Notes under the pieces: model-generated
Told to the model about the DNA's origin: nothing
Seen by the model: the letters and a program-made list of their open reading frames with translations, nothing else
The model's database searches: none
Program-made: the position numbers and the translations under genes
Shown here: positions 37,151-47,666 of the stretch, one piece after another
Layout of the letters: each line of letters begins with the position of its first letter
Numbering within the stretch: the first letter of the stretch is position 1
Origin: Vicugna vicugna
Taxonomy: Eukaryota
Length of the DNA: 64,000 bases
Assembly: GCA_013265495.1 (NCBI GenBank)
Contig: MU058714.1
Span: forward strand, 1,178,001-1,242,000
Direction of reading: 5' to 3'

Positions 37151-37972
37151 CTTTGTCTCTTTGGCAACAATAACTTAAAAGCATCTCATTTCCATTCGCT
37201 CCACAGCGGTTACAAAAATACTCCCTGGGCTGCCCTGCCCCACCCTCCCTCCCAGCACCCCTTCCCACAGGAACCCCCGACACTGACCAGGGGGTGAACC
37301 ACCCACTTTCCTTTGGCAGCTGGGCGAGGCTGGGCAGAGCTCTGCAGAGGGGAGCTGCGCACACTAGCCAGCCTCGGGCACCAATAGACCAGGGCCACAG
37401 CGGCAGGACTGGGGCCAGGAAGCCCCCCAGCTTGGCCCACTCACAGAGCCTAGGCAGGAGCGGCCCCGGACCCGGTGGGGAGGGAGCTTACGGGTCTAGC
37501 TGATCCAGTGAAGGAGAGGAGAGAGCTGCAGGCTTGGAGCCGGGGCACCAGAGCCCGGGGTCCTTTTCTTGCACTGAGGAACCCTGAACCGGCAGATGGG
37601 GTGAGGACACAGTGGCCTGCAGTGCACTGCAGGACCCCGGTGGGCAGGGCGTGCGAGGTCCCCTGACAGCGGGGGGCAAGGGGGAGCGGCCTGGGGCTGC
37701 AGAGCATCCCAGGAACTAGCAGCAAACCGAGTGTCCAGAACAGATCCTGCCCGCAGAGAAGCGCGGGGCTGGCGGGCACAGCTGCTCCACCATCCAGGGC
37801 CAGAGCGGGGGCCTCTCCTGCGCTGCGCCTCCAGGGGCTGCGAGGACCAGCGAAGCCCTGGAAGCTGCTGCTGACTGCTGCCAGAATCGAGGTCCCACCA
37901 CTCGTGGTCACCATCCTCGCTGCTGCCGGGAGAAGGACCAGCAGGGGCTCCAACGGGGGGGCCACCTGGGCC

Positions 37973-38013
37973 TCAAGCCTCTTGACAGCTGCCCCCAGCC
38001 CCTGCTGCATGGC
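37973..38013 (-). CDS. AATK: AATK exon 14 (terminal): (G)HAAGAGGSCQEA*
   Basis: ttctgtttgccag|gc cat...gag gct tga on the - strand; in phase with exon 13; resembles the human C-terminus ...GAGGESKEA. Confidence 0.88.
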
Positions 38014-39010
38014 CTGGCAAACAGAAGGTGCCCCATGAGTGCGGGGGGAGACGCGGGATAGCCAGCGTCCCCTCCTCCCAGGGCCCCCCTTCCCCCAACC
38101 TCAGTCCCCGCCTGGGCTGCAGCAGGTCTGCCTGCCTGCCTGTCGAAGGACTGTTACTCTGCCCACCAGGGCCCAGGCCCGGCAAGGCTCAGCACCCGCC
38201 CTGAGTTCTTACAGGTGGGGAAACAGACCCACACAGGGCTGGGCTGGCCAGGGTCACACACCCACCTTCTGATGCCGTTTCTCTGTTCAGACATCTATTA
38301 AGGGCACACAGTGTGACAGGGACAAGCCTTCACTGGAGGCTGCAGTCACAGGCCAAGGGCAGCAGGGGAGGGGAGGGGAGGGGCTGGGTCTGCCTGGGGA
38401 AAAGATGGCCAGGAGCATCTCAGGAAAACCTAGTAGAATGAGGGAGAGGGGCAACTGGGTAGGAAAGAGCCCACCTGGTCTGAGGCTAACAGGAGTGGAG
38501 CTTGGAGGGAGAGTAAGCTAAGGCCCCTGAGTAGGGCCCCACCTGGGCACCTGAGCCACTACCACCACCAGCTCTTGTGGGCAAGGGCCATCAGATCTGA
38601 GATGTGCTGGGGAGGGCGGAGTGGACGCGGCAGACTCGTGGGCACTGGGAAAGTTCTTGTGGGAGAGTCTGCCACAGGTCTGGGGGCTATCAGAGAGCAG
38701 GGCACTCAGTGGACTGGGGCCTTGGGAGGAGGTAGAGGAGAGCCAGGCAGCATTCAGCCTAGGTCCCGGCGTGCTGGGCCAGCTGTGCGCAGGGCACTGC
38801 ATCTCCCCAGGGAGGCGAGGCCATGCACCAAGGTGGCCAGAGCAAGCAGGCCTGGTGGGGGGCCAAGCGCTCCTGTTTCCCCATCTGAAACCTGAGTTTG
38901 TCCAGAAGGCCGGAAATAACGCAGGGCCTCACGACCTGCAGGTGCCCCTCTAGGCCACCCTCGCCACTGTCCCAACGCAGTACCCCCTGCCAGCCCCGCC
39001 GTGGCCTCAC

Positions 39011-39190
39011 CTCCCAAGGAGTCGGCATCCGAGTCGGAAACGTGCGTGATGGAGAAGCGAGAGGCGGGCGCGGGCGAGACGGCGAAGCGGGAGAAAGGGC
39101 CCGGCGTGGCCGGCTTGGGGGACGCGGCAGGCGGGGCGGACTCCATGGCCGGCGACGGCGGGAGGCTGGAGTCCCACTCGAACCCTCTGC
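39011..39190 (-). CDS. AATK: AATK exon 13: (G)RGFEWDSSL...PFSRFAVSPAPASRFSITHVSDSDADSLG
   Basis: ccttacag|gc...gga g|gtgagg; 180 nt; contains RFxV/RFxI motifs. Confidence 0.93.
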
Positions 39191-39357
39191 CTGTAAGGAG
39201 CCCACTGTCACCGGCAACCGCGGAGCTCGTGGGGGAGGCCCCGCCCGACGCATGACACCACAGCACGGCCCCGCCCCTCGCCCCGCCTCCAGCACACATC
39301 GGACACACCCCCACCCGTGTTGCCCCGCCCCTGCCAATCGTCCCGCCCCCAGCTCAC

Positions 39358-39505
39358 CCTCTTCCGCCACGGACCCGTCTGGGGAGCGGTCATCCAGGCG
39401 CGGTTGGCTGGGGGCGCTCGGGGATCCCGGGCTGCCAGCCAGGAACGCGGGGGGCGACTCCTTGGCCCCGGGGAAGGGGTCCCCGAGCTCCCGGGTGGGA
39501 CTTTC
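39358..39505 (-). CDS. AATK: AATK exon 12: ESPTRELGDPFPGAKESPP...DGSVAEE
   Basis: ctccag|gaa agt...gag g|gtgagc; 148 nt. Confidence 0.95.
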
Positions 39506-39594
39506 CTGGAGGATCAGAGCAGCACGTGTCTCCCACCGCTTCCGTCCTGCCAAGGACCCTCACCCCCCGCGCAGAGCCCGCGGCGGCCGCCCAC

Positions 39595-42241
39595 CTGGTC
39601 GAAGAGGTAGACCGTGACGTCGTCGAAAAAGGACACGGCTTTTTTCTTGCGCTCCAGGTCCTCGCAGAAGGCCTCGGACAGCAGGCTGGGCATCTTGAGC
39701 AGGCTGCGCAGGTTGCGAGCGCTCTGGCTCTCCGCCACCACCACGGGGACCGGCGGCGCCTCCTCCTCGCTGTCCTCACTTGGCTCCTGGATGCTGTAGC
39801 AGCGAAGCTCCTCGTCCGACTCGTCGCTGTCCTCGCTGTCCTCCTCCTCCTCCTCCCGCCGGCCCCCCGGAGCGGCGGGGAATCCCGGCAAGGCCAAGCA
39901 GAGTGGGGTTCGGGGGACACCTGGGCCCCCTGTCCTTTCCTGCAGGCCCGACCCGGACAGCAGTCCCGGGGCTTCCTGGAGCTCAGGGCAGTGGCCTTCT
40001 GAGTTTGCTGGGACTGGGGTCAGCAGGAAAATCTTAGACTGCCCAGGGCTGGACACAGGCAGCACCTGGGCTGGGTCTTGGGGCCAAGGAGGCTCTAGCC
40101 GGGGGCCTGCAGGGCAGGCGCTTGGCTCCAGAGAAGAGGCCTTGGGCAATGGCAGTGGCGGCACCTCCTCGGGGCCCGCGCCCTGCGCCTCCCTGGACAC
40201 CTCAGGCTCAGGGGAGGGCTGTGCAGACTGCGGCCTGGGGCCCTGCGGGCTCTCCAGGCTGGGCTCTGGCCCTGGGGCTGGGACACCCCCTCGCTTCTCC
40301 GCGGGGCCCAAGGGGGGCTCTGGCTCCGCGTCCAAGTCTGAGAAGTAGGCAGAGTCGCGGTAGGGACTCTTCTCGCTGAGGCCACCCAAAGATGCGGGGA
40401 GCTGAGTCTCGGGCCCGGGGCTCTCGCCTTCTGAGGCCAGCTCCCCAAAGGCCTCTGGCTCACAGGGCTCATGCGCCTCCTTGAGTACAAACTCCGGGGA
40501 CTCGTAGTTCTCCGTGTCGTAGCCACTGTCTGGGGCTCGGGGCTGCCCTCCAGGGGTGCCCACAGCTGATGGGCTGAAGACCTCACCGCCACCATCGCTG
40601 GCTGAGGACGGGATGTCCGGGGAGTCCAGGGAGTCGGGGGTCCCCACCTGCTTCTGCAGAAAGCAGAAGGCTGGTGTCACGTCCGGCTTCCCAGCCTGTG
40701 GGCCGTCGCTGGACAAGTCGGTGAAGACACCGGAAGTGGCCTGAGCCGTGTCCTCCTCTTCACTGCCTGGCGCTTCCAGCTCAGGGGAGCTGCTGTCGCT
40801 GTCTCGGGTCCGGGCTGGCTCAGTGGCAGGTGCCTGGCTGCTGCTGGGGGTGGGCGAGGCAGGCAGGGTGGGCGGGGCACTGGCCTCCTCGGCGGGAAGT
40901 GGCGCTCCCTCTTGAGATGGGGACGGGATGGAGGGAAGGGGCAGCTGGAGTCCAGCAGAGCCCTCAGCCTCCTCTGCAAGCCTGGGCTCTGCCTGGGGGC
41001 TGTCACCCCTACTTACGGCTGCCTCTGTCCAGGGGCAGGTGATGAGGCAGGGGGCAGGTGCCAGGCCCTCAGCAGGATATAGAGGGGGCAGGCCAAGGCA
41101 GCGGCCCAGCTCCTGAGCAGAGGAGGCCCCCTTTGGCCCAAGGAGAGGCTCCCTGAGGTCGTCTGGGGCCATGGGACGGCCCAGCTCGGGGACAGCCCGC
41201 AGTATCTGCCTCACACCGGAGCGGCAGTCCAGGTAGCTGCCTGAACGGCCCAGGCCCCAGAGCTCCGGTGCTCGGCAGCCGCTGTTGTTGTTGGCCGACA
41301 CGTTGGAGCTCCAGTGTCTGTGCTGGGCAGCCCTGGGTGCCTCAGCCTCCCCCGGTTGCTCCCCACCTGGGGACAGCCGGCCCCCGGAGCTCCCTGAGGG
41401 GGATGTGCCCAGGGGGTCTTCAAAGAAGGGCGGGCAGAAGGCCCCCACGCCCCAGTCGGTATCCTCCACTCGGGGCTCTGCCAGCATCAAGGTCCCCGGA
41501 GAGGGCGAGCGCGAGGCGCAGGGCAGGTCACGGGCATGGCTCCTGCACGGGTAGTAGTCACAGTGGCCCCAAGGGCCGCCAAAAGGGGGCGCATGGCCCA
41601 GCAGCGGCTCCATGGCCAGCGAGGCGGCGGCACTGCCGTCAGAGTCACCTTCGTGATCGCTGCCGTCGGGACGCAGGGCCGCAGCGTGGGTGCTGGGGGC
41701 ACAGCCGGCGCAGTCAGGGTCATGGTCCGTGGCAGGCGTCGGGTCCTCCAGGCGGATGAAGTACTCACTGCCCACCGACGGGCTGTGCGCGCTGAGCACG
41801 GGCACCACGCCAGGGGGTGCGCCGTCGGGGGCGCAGAGCTCCTGCGAGCGCGCAGCGCCGCCCGGACTCAGTGCGCCCCCGGGCGGCGGGAAGGCCTCGG
41901 TGCCGCGGCCTGCCTCCCACTTGTACTCAAAGTTGAGGCCGCAGCTCGTCTCTGTCACGGTCAGCACGTCGTCGCCATCCCCGTGGAAGCCGTCGCCGGC
42001 AAACTGCTCTAGCAGCGGGAAGGATGAGGTGGCGGCCAGCTCGCCGGCGCCCCCCAGTGTCAGGCCCGCCGCCCCGGGCCCCGCACCGCCCCCACCGGGC
42101 CGTAGTGAGCGCCAGCGCCGCTCGAACTCCTCCTCTGCCTCCGTGGCGCCCTTGGCGCACAAGTAGGACAGCAGCAGGTGCACCTCCTCGGCTGTGGGCC
42201 GCTGTTCCGGCTGCAGCCAGCAGAACTGCATCACCTCGTAC
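39595..42241 (-). CDS. AATK: AATK exon 11 (end of kinase domain plus long disordered tail): YEVMQFCWLQPEQRPTAEEVHLLL...KKKAVSFFDDVTVYLFDQ
   Basis: ccgcag|g tac...gac cag|gtgggc; 2647 nt open frame inside ORF 39514..42279; KAVSF PP1-docking (RVxF-type) motif. Confidence 0.98.
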
Positions 42242-42689
42242 CTGCGGGAAGGGATGCCCAGGCTCAGGCCCCGCCCCAAGGGGGTCCCGCCCAGCTGGGA
42301 CCCCGCTACCCCAGAGTGAGCCAGTCTGCCCTCAGCGTGGGGTCAGGGTTCCCCTCCTCACACCCCAAAGCCCCTGAGGACAGTGAAGGGAATCTCCCGA
42401 GGTGGGCCCGGTGGTTTGGGAACATCAGTGTTCAGGACACTTTTCCTTAGATTCTCCCCGCCCGGACTGCAGGCGAGCTTGTGTTGTGGGTTAAGAAGGT
42501 ACTTCCATTGTGGGTACAGGGTGGGGCCCAGAGGTCACCCCTGGCCCGGGGGTAGCCAGGGTGAGCTAGAAACTGAGACCCAGGTAGTCAGGAGGAGCCA
42601 CCTGTGCCCTGGGAACTGGGAGCACCCCCCCTTTTGTCTCGGCCTTCCTGGTGGGGACCCCCACTCGGCCCAGCACCGCGGGGCCTCAC

Positions 42690-42839
42690 CAGCGGTCGGC
42701 GAGGCTCAGCTGCAGCTGGGGCTTGGGCAGCCTGAGCTGCTGCTCCCGGACGGCGTAGGCCAGCACCTGCCGGTCGGAGTGGTGGGGGTAGGGCTGTGCC
42801 CCCAGCTCAAAGAGCTCCCAGATGGTCACGCCCAGGGAC
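42690..42839 (-). CDS. AATK: AATK exon 10: [49 protein letters not shown](W)
   Basis: ccgcag|g tcc...cgc tg|gtgagg; 150 nt. Confidence 0.97.
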
Positions 42840-44309
42840 CTGCGGGGTGACAGCCATCAGAGGGCTGCCTGGCCAGCATGCCACTGCTGCACAGGGTCTC
42901 AGCTTTAGGTGCCCAGAAGCAGCTCCCATCATGACATCAGCGTCTGGGGACGCCCCTCCCAAAAGATGGCCCCCTCCTTCAGCCAGCGGGCAGCTGCGCC
43001 ACGCAGCCAGCCCAAGCCCGTGCCCAGGGTGCCTGGACAAATAAAAGCCCAGCTGGCTGCCCACAAGCCAAGCCCACCTGTCTGTTCATTTGCTCGTTCG
43101 TTCCCTTGCCATGAAGCCGACACTGCCAGGTGCAGGGGCTGCCCTGGAGAAGCCCCCGTTCCTGCCAGGCACCCCCAGAGGGAGGGGGGAGTCTAGGGAC
43201 ACCCCAGCCAGTGTGAGTGGGCAGGGGGAATGGCTGTGTGGCCAGTGCGCAGGGGGCTGGGGCAAGGCAACTGGAACCCTTCCAGTGGGTGGTGGCTTCA
43301 GCCAACTCCCAGGGAACCCAGGCTGTCCCAGGAGACTGGAGGCACGAGGGACAGATTTGGCAAGAGAAGTCATGGTGGCCTTAGTCACAGCCATCTGCCC
43401 CCGATCACCCACACTACACAGCCCTATGCCCCCACCAGTCGGGACAGTCAGTGAATGGGGAGGCAGGGACCAGGTGATGGTGTGTCCGTGATGGGGGCAC
43501 AGGTAGAGACTAAGGGAGGCCACAGAAGGCTCAGGGAGCGGGGCGGGGCCATGGATCCAGCCCTGAGGGGTCCGTCAGGAGCAGAGGGAGGCCTGGGGCG
43601 CTGGGAGGAAGCAGGAGGGGGAAGCAGAGCCACGTCAAGGCCAGGCACGGGACCACCATGGCCCAGCCTCTAGAGGCCACAGTACTGGGCCTGAATGTCT
43701 GCTCTGTGCCCAGCCTGGTGGCCCCAGGCTGCAGTCACAGGAGACCCCCGGCCCCCACAGGCCCCTCTTATGGGAACAGGTGCCACCGCGAGTCCCCATG
43801 TCTCACCATACAGCCTGTCACTCCCGGCGGGCTTTCCAGCCTGACCACACCTGACCCTGACGTCTCCAGGCGTCAGCCCAGCAGGTCCTGGGAGGAGTGG
43901 GACTTCCTCCACGGGCCCCCAGGCCCCGCCACCCCACCAACCCAGCTGCCGTGGGCCACTGGCACTGGGCAAGGACAGGTGGCACAAGAGCCCCACGACC
44001 CCTCCCAGGGCCAAGTTTGGCCACCTCCTACAGAGCGACAGGGTTGGACAGACCCCACGTCATCACACACACAGCCTGGCTTTGAGTGGCCAGCCTGGAT
44101 GCCCTCTGATGGGAGGAAGCCAGCTGGCAGGTGGGACCCAGCCCCTGGCACCCCCAGCACCCCTCGAGCCTGCAGACCCTGCGTCCTCACTGGACACTAT
44201 CTCAGGCACCAGGCAGGGCCACCGTGAGGTCTGATGGTCGTGAGTGAGAATAAAGTCATTGGGTTTTGCTGGACCACGTGCTCTCGGGCACCACCGGGAC
44301 CACGCTCAC

Positions 44310-44431
44310 CACACGTTGCTGGCCTTGGTCTGGTCCACCACCAGCAGGTTGCAGTGCACCTCGTCCACCAGCTCGGGCGCGATCCAGCGCAGCGGCACCC
44401 ACAGCTGGTCAGCGGTCACGAAGTAGTCCTC
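44310..44431 (-). CDS. AATK: AATK exon 9: EDYFVTADQLWVPLRWIAPELVDEVHCNLLVVDQTKASNV(W)
   Basis: ccgcag|gag...gtg tg|gtgagc; 122 nt. Confidence 0.97.
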
Positions 44432-44512
44432 CTGCGGGCACATGGGACCCCGTCACCCTGTGGCCCGGCGCCTGCCCTGCGCCCTCAACCCGGCCCGGCC
44501 CGGCCCACTCAC

Positions 44513-44597
44513 CCTGTATTTGCCGTGAGACAGGCCGTAGTCGCCGATCTTCACCGTCAGGTCGGCCGTGAGCAGGCAGTTCCTCAGGGCCAGGTCA
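44513..44597 (-). CDS. AATK: AATK exon 8 (catalytic loop and DYG motif): (S)[28 protein letters not shown]
   Basis: ccccag|t gac...tac agg|gtgagt; 85 nt. Confidence 0.97.
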
Positions 44598-45349
44598 CTG
44601 GGGGTGGGAGGGTGAGGTCAGCCACAGGGCCGGGCTGGGGCATCCAGGGCCCCCAGGGGGCTGGGCCACTTGTCACCAGTGGCATCCTGGGCTCGGCTCG
44701 GTAGGTGGGTGGAAAGGGGCGTCTGAGAGGCTGTCCCCCCACCCCCTGCATGGAGTCCCAGCCCCTCACCCAGCACTGGGCATCTCAGAGGGTCCACGTG
44801 GACGGAGCCTCAAATGTTACAATACAGACAAGGAAAATGAGGCGCAGAGACGGCTAGCACACGCCTGGGGCCCTCCGTGGACATGATCTGCCTCACTGGT
44901 ACCCCCGCCCCTGACCTCAGCCCACTCCCGTTCTCCTCGGACACCAGTCTGCTTGCGTTGGGGGGTGGTGCAAGCAAGCCAGCCTGGGGGCACTGCAGCC
45001 TGCTCCCACCCACCACACTATGGGCCTCAGCTCCGGGGAGACAGGCGTCAGTGGGGACACTGAGGTCCCGAGGGCCCTGGGGCTCCTGCCCCACACTGGG
45101 CCCAGGGCAGGGCGTGTGGAGGGCTGAGCTGCAGCCGCGTGATCACCCCGCCACTGTCTCCCACCCCACCGCTGGCCCCAGCTGCCAGCCTCTCTGCCTT
45201 CCTGGTGGCCCTGTGGTGTCGGGGGCCGGGGGCCAGGACAAACGCGGGGGCAGCACACATTGGCCAAGTGCTGCCGTGCTGGGGGCACAGACGGTGCCAG
45301 GGGCCGGGAGGGCTTGGCGGGCGGGCGGGCAAGCCAGGTGCTGGCAGCT

Positions 45350-45424
45350 GCCCTCTTCAACAAAATCACTGATGCTGGAGTCACATGTGTCATCACTCAG
45401 CACCAGGATATTGTTGGGGAGGAC
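45350..45424 (+). ncRNA. MIR3065: pre-miR-3065, the antisense reading of the miR-338 hairpin (5p ~45357-45379, 3p ~45397-45419)
   Basis: The + strand has UCAACAAAAUCACUGAUGCUGGA and UCAGCACCAGGAUAUUGUUGGGG; expression in this species cannot be seen from sequence. Confidence 0.75.
45354..45420 (-). ncRNA. MIR338: pre-miR-338 in AATK intron 7 (5p at 45394-45415, 3p at 45358-45379)
   Basis: The - strand contains exact AACAAUAUCCUGGUGCUGAGUG (338-5p) and UCCAGCAUCAGUGAUUUUGUUG (338-3p) arms of a 67-nt hairpin. Confidence 0.97.
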
Positions 45425-45815
45425 GGCCGTGCGGGGTCCGGGGCTGGTGGGGCCACGTCCATCGCCACTCCTTCTGGCACGCCCCCCTACGTTGGGCACC
45501 CTGGCCCGACTCTCCAACTTCAGGGGCTGGGGCGGGAAGCGGGACAGTCAGCCCTCCCCCGCGGGCGGGCTGGGGCTGGTGTAGGGCCGCCAGGTGGCAC
45601 TGACCACCTTGGGGACAGAGGATGGCTGGGCCTCAGACCAACAGTGTGGGTCGCTAAGCTTAACCGTCCATCCGCCGGGTGTTCTTAGTAAGGTCCCTTG
45701 CGTGGTGGTCCCAGAGGCTGAACAAGGACTCACCCAGGTAACAGGATTCGCCTCCCGTGGCCCCAGAGCAGGGGTGGGGGCCGAGCAGTGAGCCCGGGGC
45801 TGCCCGTGCCCTCAC

Positions 45816-45949
45816 CTGTGCACGTAGTTGTTGCGATGCAGGTGCAGGACGCCGCAGGCCACCTCGCAGGCCATGCGCTGCAGGGTCAGAGGGTCGGGCG
45901 CCATGGACTCTGCCACCCGGCAGCTCCGCAGGTAGCCCTTGAGGTCGCC
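45816..45949 (-). CDS. AATK: AATK exon 7: GDLKGYLRSCRVAESMAPDPLTLQRMACEVACGVLHLHRNNYVH(S)
   Basis: ggcag|ggc...cac ag|gtgagg; 134 nt. Confidence 0.97.
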
Positions 45950-46685
45950 CTGCCGAGAAGGGCAGCGCCGTCACTGCCGGCGGGGAGCGGATGCCCGCGC
46001 AAGGCCCCCACCAGCCCCCTGCGCAGGGCCCAAAGCTGCCCAGAGGAGCCCCCGCGTCTGCCCCAGAGACCAGCTCGCGGCAGAATGACCCTGCAGGTTG
46101 GGGGGACCTTCCCCAAACCAGTCAGTGGGGCCACATTCCGCATACGGACCACGGGGGCCCGGGTGTCACTACCTAACAGCTGTGGGCGGCAGGCAGGCCA
46201 CACCAGCAGTGGCGCCCAGCCAGGACGGAGCCCAGGACCGGCGACCAGAGGGTCTGCTGGCAACCCCTGACCTGCTGACACCACCCAGCTCCAAGGAGGG
46301 CCCAGACACCCCAGGAAGCCCCAGGAGGGCACAGCCAAGGCCAGGGGCTCAGAAACCAGACGGTGGGGGGCCCATGTCTGTAGATGGTACCTCCCTGTTG
46401 GGGCTGGAGCTACAGCTGTGGGAGGGGGCCCGAGGGGCCGGCTGCAAGCACAGCGCAGCCCCGTGACTAAAGCGTGGTGAACGAGGGAGGGGAGCGGGCC
46501 TCCCCCGCTGGCCGGGCTGCGGAGGCCAGGGGGGGGGCAGCAGGGCCCTCCCCAGGGTGCGGTGGACCCCCAGCCCCAACAGCCACCCTCCCTAGCGAGG
46601 TGGGGTCCCCTCCCTAGGGGGAGTGTGAGGACCCCTGGGTTAGGCCCAGCAAAGGAACCTCTGCAAGGAGGCGGGGGAGACTCAC

Positions 46686-46773
46686 CATGGGGCAGAACTC
46701 CAGCACCAGCAGGTAGGGCGTCACCTCGGCGCACTGGGCCAGGCACTGGAGCAGGTTGCTGTGCTGCAGGGCC
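46686..46773 (-). CDS. AATK: AATK exon 6: ALQHSNLLQCLAQCAEVTPYLLVLEFCPM
   Basis: ccgcag|g gcc...atg|gtgagt; 88 nt. Confidence 0.97.
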
Positions 46774-46970
46774 CTGCGGGAGCCAACAGGCTGCCCCCCT
46801 GCCTCGCACTCGGGGCAGGAGGGGGCGGGCGGGCGGGGAGGGGGGCTGGCTCTGCAGCGGAGGGGAGGAGCCAGACGGCACAGAGCTTGCCTTTGTTTGC
46901 GGGCCGCGCCCCCACCTCCCGGCCAGGCGCCCGCCCCCTCCCGCGGCACCCGTCCCCAGGTTCCACCTAC

Positions 46971-47089
46971 CTGTAGGGCTGCGCCTCCTCCAGGAACTGC
47001 ACCTGCTCCTGCACGCTGGCGCTGGCCTTCAGCTCCTTCACTACCACCTGCGTGCTGCTGATGCCCGAGTTCACCTCCCCCAGGAACAC
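46971..47089 (-). CDS. AATK: AATK exon 5 (VAIK-equivalent lysine): VFLGEVNSGISSTQVVVKELKASASVQEQVQFLEEAQPY(R)
   Basis: ccgcag|gtg...tac ag|gtaggt; 119 nt. Confidence 0.97.
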
Positions 47090-47160
47090 CTGCGGGCAGG
47101 CGTCACCAGGGGGCAGCCTCCACCCTCCTCAGGCTCTGCCCCCGGCCCCTGCCGGTCCTC

Positions 47161-47197
47161 CCGCTCTGTGCCTCAGTTTACTCGTCTGCAAAATGGG
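47161..47197. mobile_element. MIR SINE core relic in AATK intron 4
   Basis: ctctgtgcctcagtttactcgtctgcaaaatggg. Confidence 0.6.
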
Positions 47198-47586
47198 TCC
47201 TGGGACCCTCCTGGGTGGGCCCTCCTGGCTGTGCCACTGTCTCTCAGCGCCTGTCTCCTTAAGGTCCCCAGGTGTTCTCGGCACTCCGGGGTCCGCAGTG
47301 AGGAAGGCCCCGCCGTCCCACCCCGGCTGGTGGCCAGGGAGGAGCCGGCACCAAGGTGCTTCTCCCTGCCCCCACTCCCAGCCCACTCAGAGGCACATCC
47401 TAGTGTGATCCTAGGATCCGCTAAGGGGCTGAGGGACCTTGAGGTCCCCAGGGAGGGGCCCGGCAGGGTGGAGACTTCAGAGGGAATCCCAAGGCTGGGG
47501 AGCCTCGTAGGAGAAGCAGGTCTCCACCTGCGAGGCAGGACCACGGTGCCAGTCCCTCCCCCACAACCCCAGGATCAGCAGCTCAC

Positions 47587-47666
47587 CTTCCCGAACCAGC
47601 CGTGGCCAATCTCCTCCAGGTACAGGAGGCTGTGCCGGCCCAGGTCTGCGGACTTGAGCAGCTGCA
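47587..47666 (-). CDS. AATK: AATK exon 4 (glycine-rich loop): (V)QLLKSADLGRHSLLYLEEIGHGWFGK
   Basis: ttacag|tg cag...aag|gtgagc; 80 nt. Confidence 0.96.

Larger units (their letters stand above)
39000..39900. other. Intragenic CpG-dense region over AATK exons 11 (3' end) to 13
   Basis: Visually dense CG dinucleotides (ggcgggcgcgggcgagacggcgaagcggg); obs/exp ratio not computed. Confidence 0.6.

Noticed and set aside
44600-45300. Expected ortholog of human MIR657
   Set aside because: I found no match to the mature sequence; it is believed to be primate-restricted.
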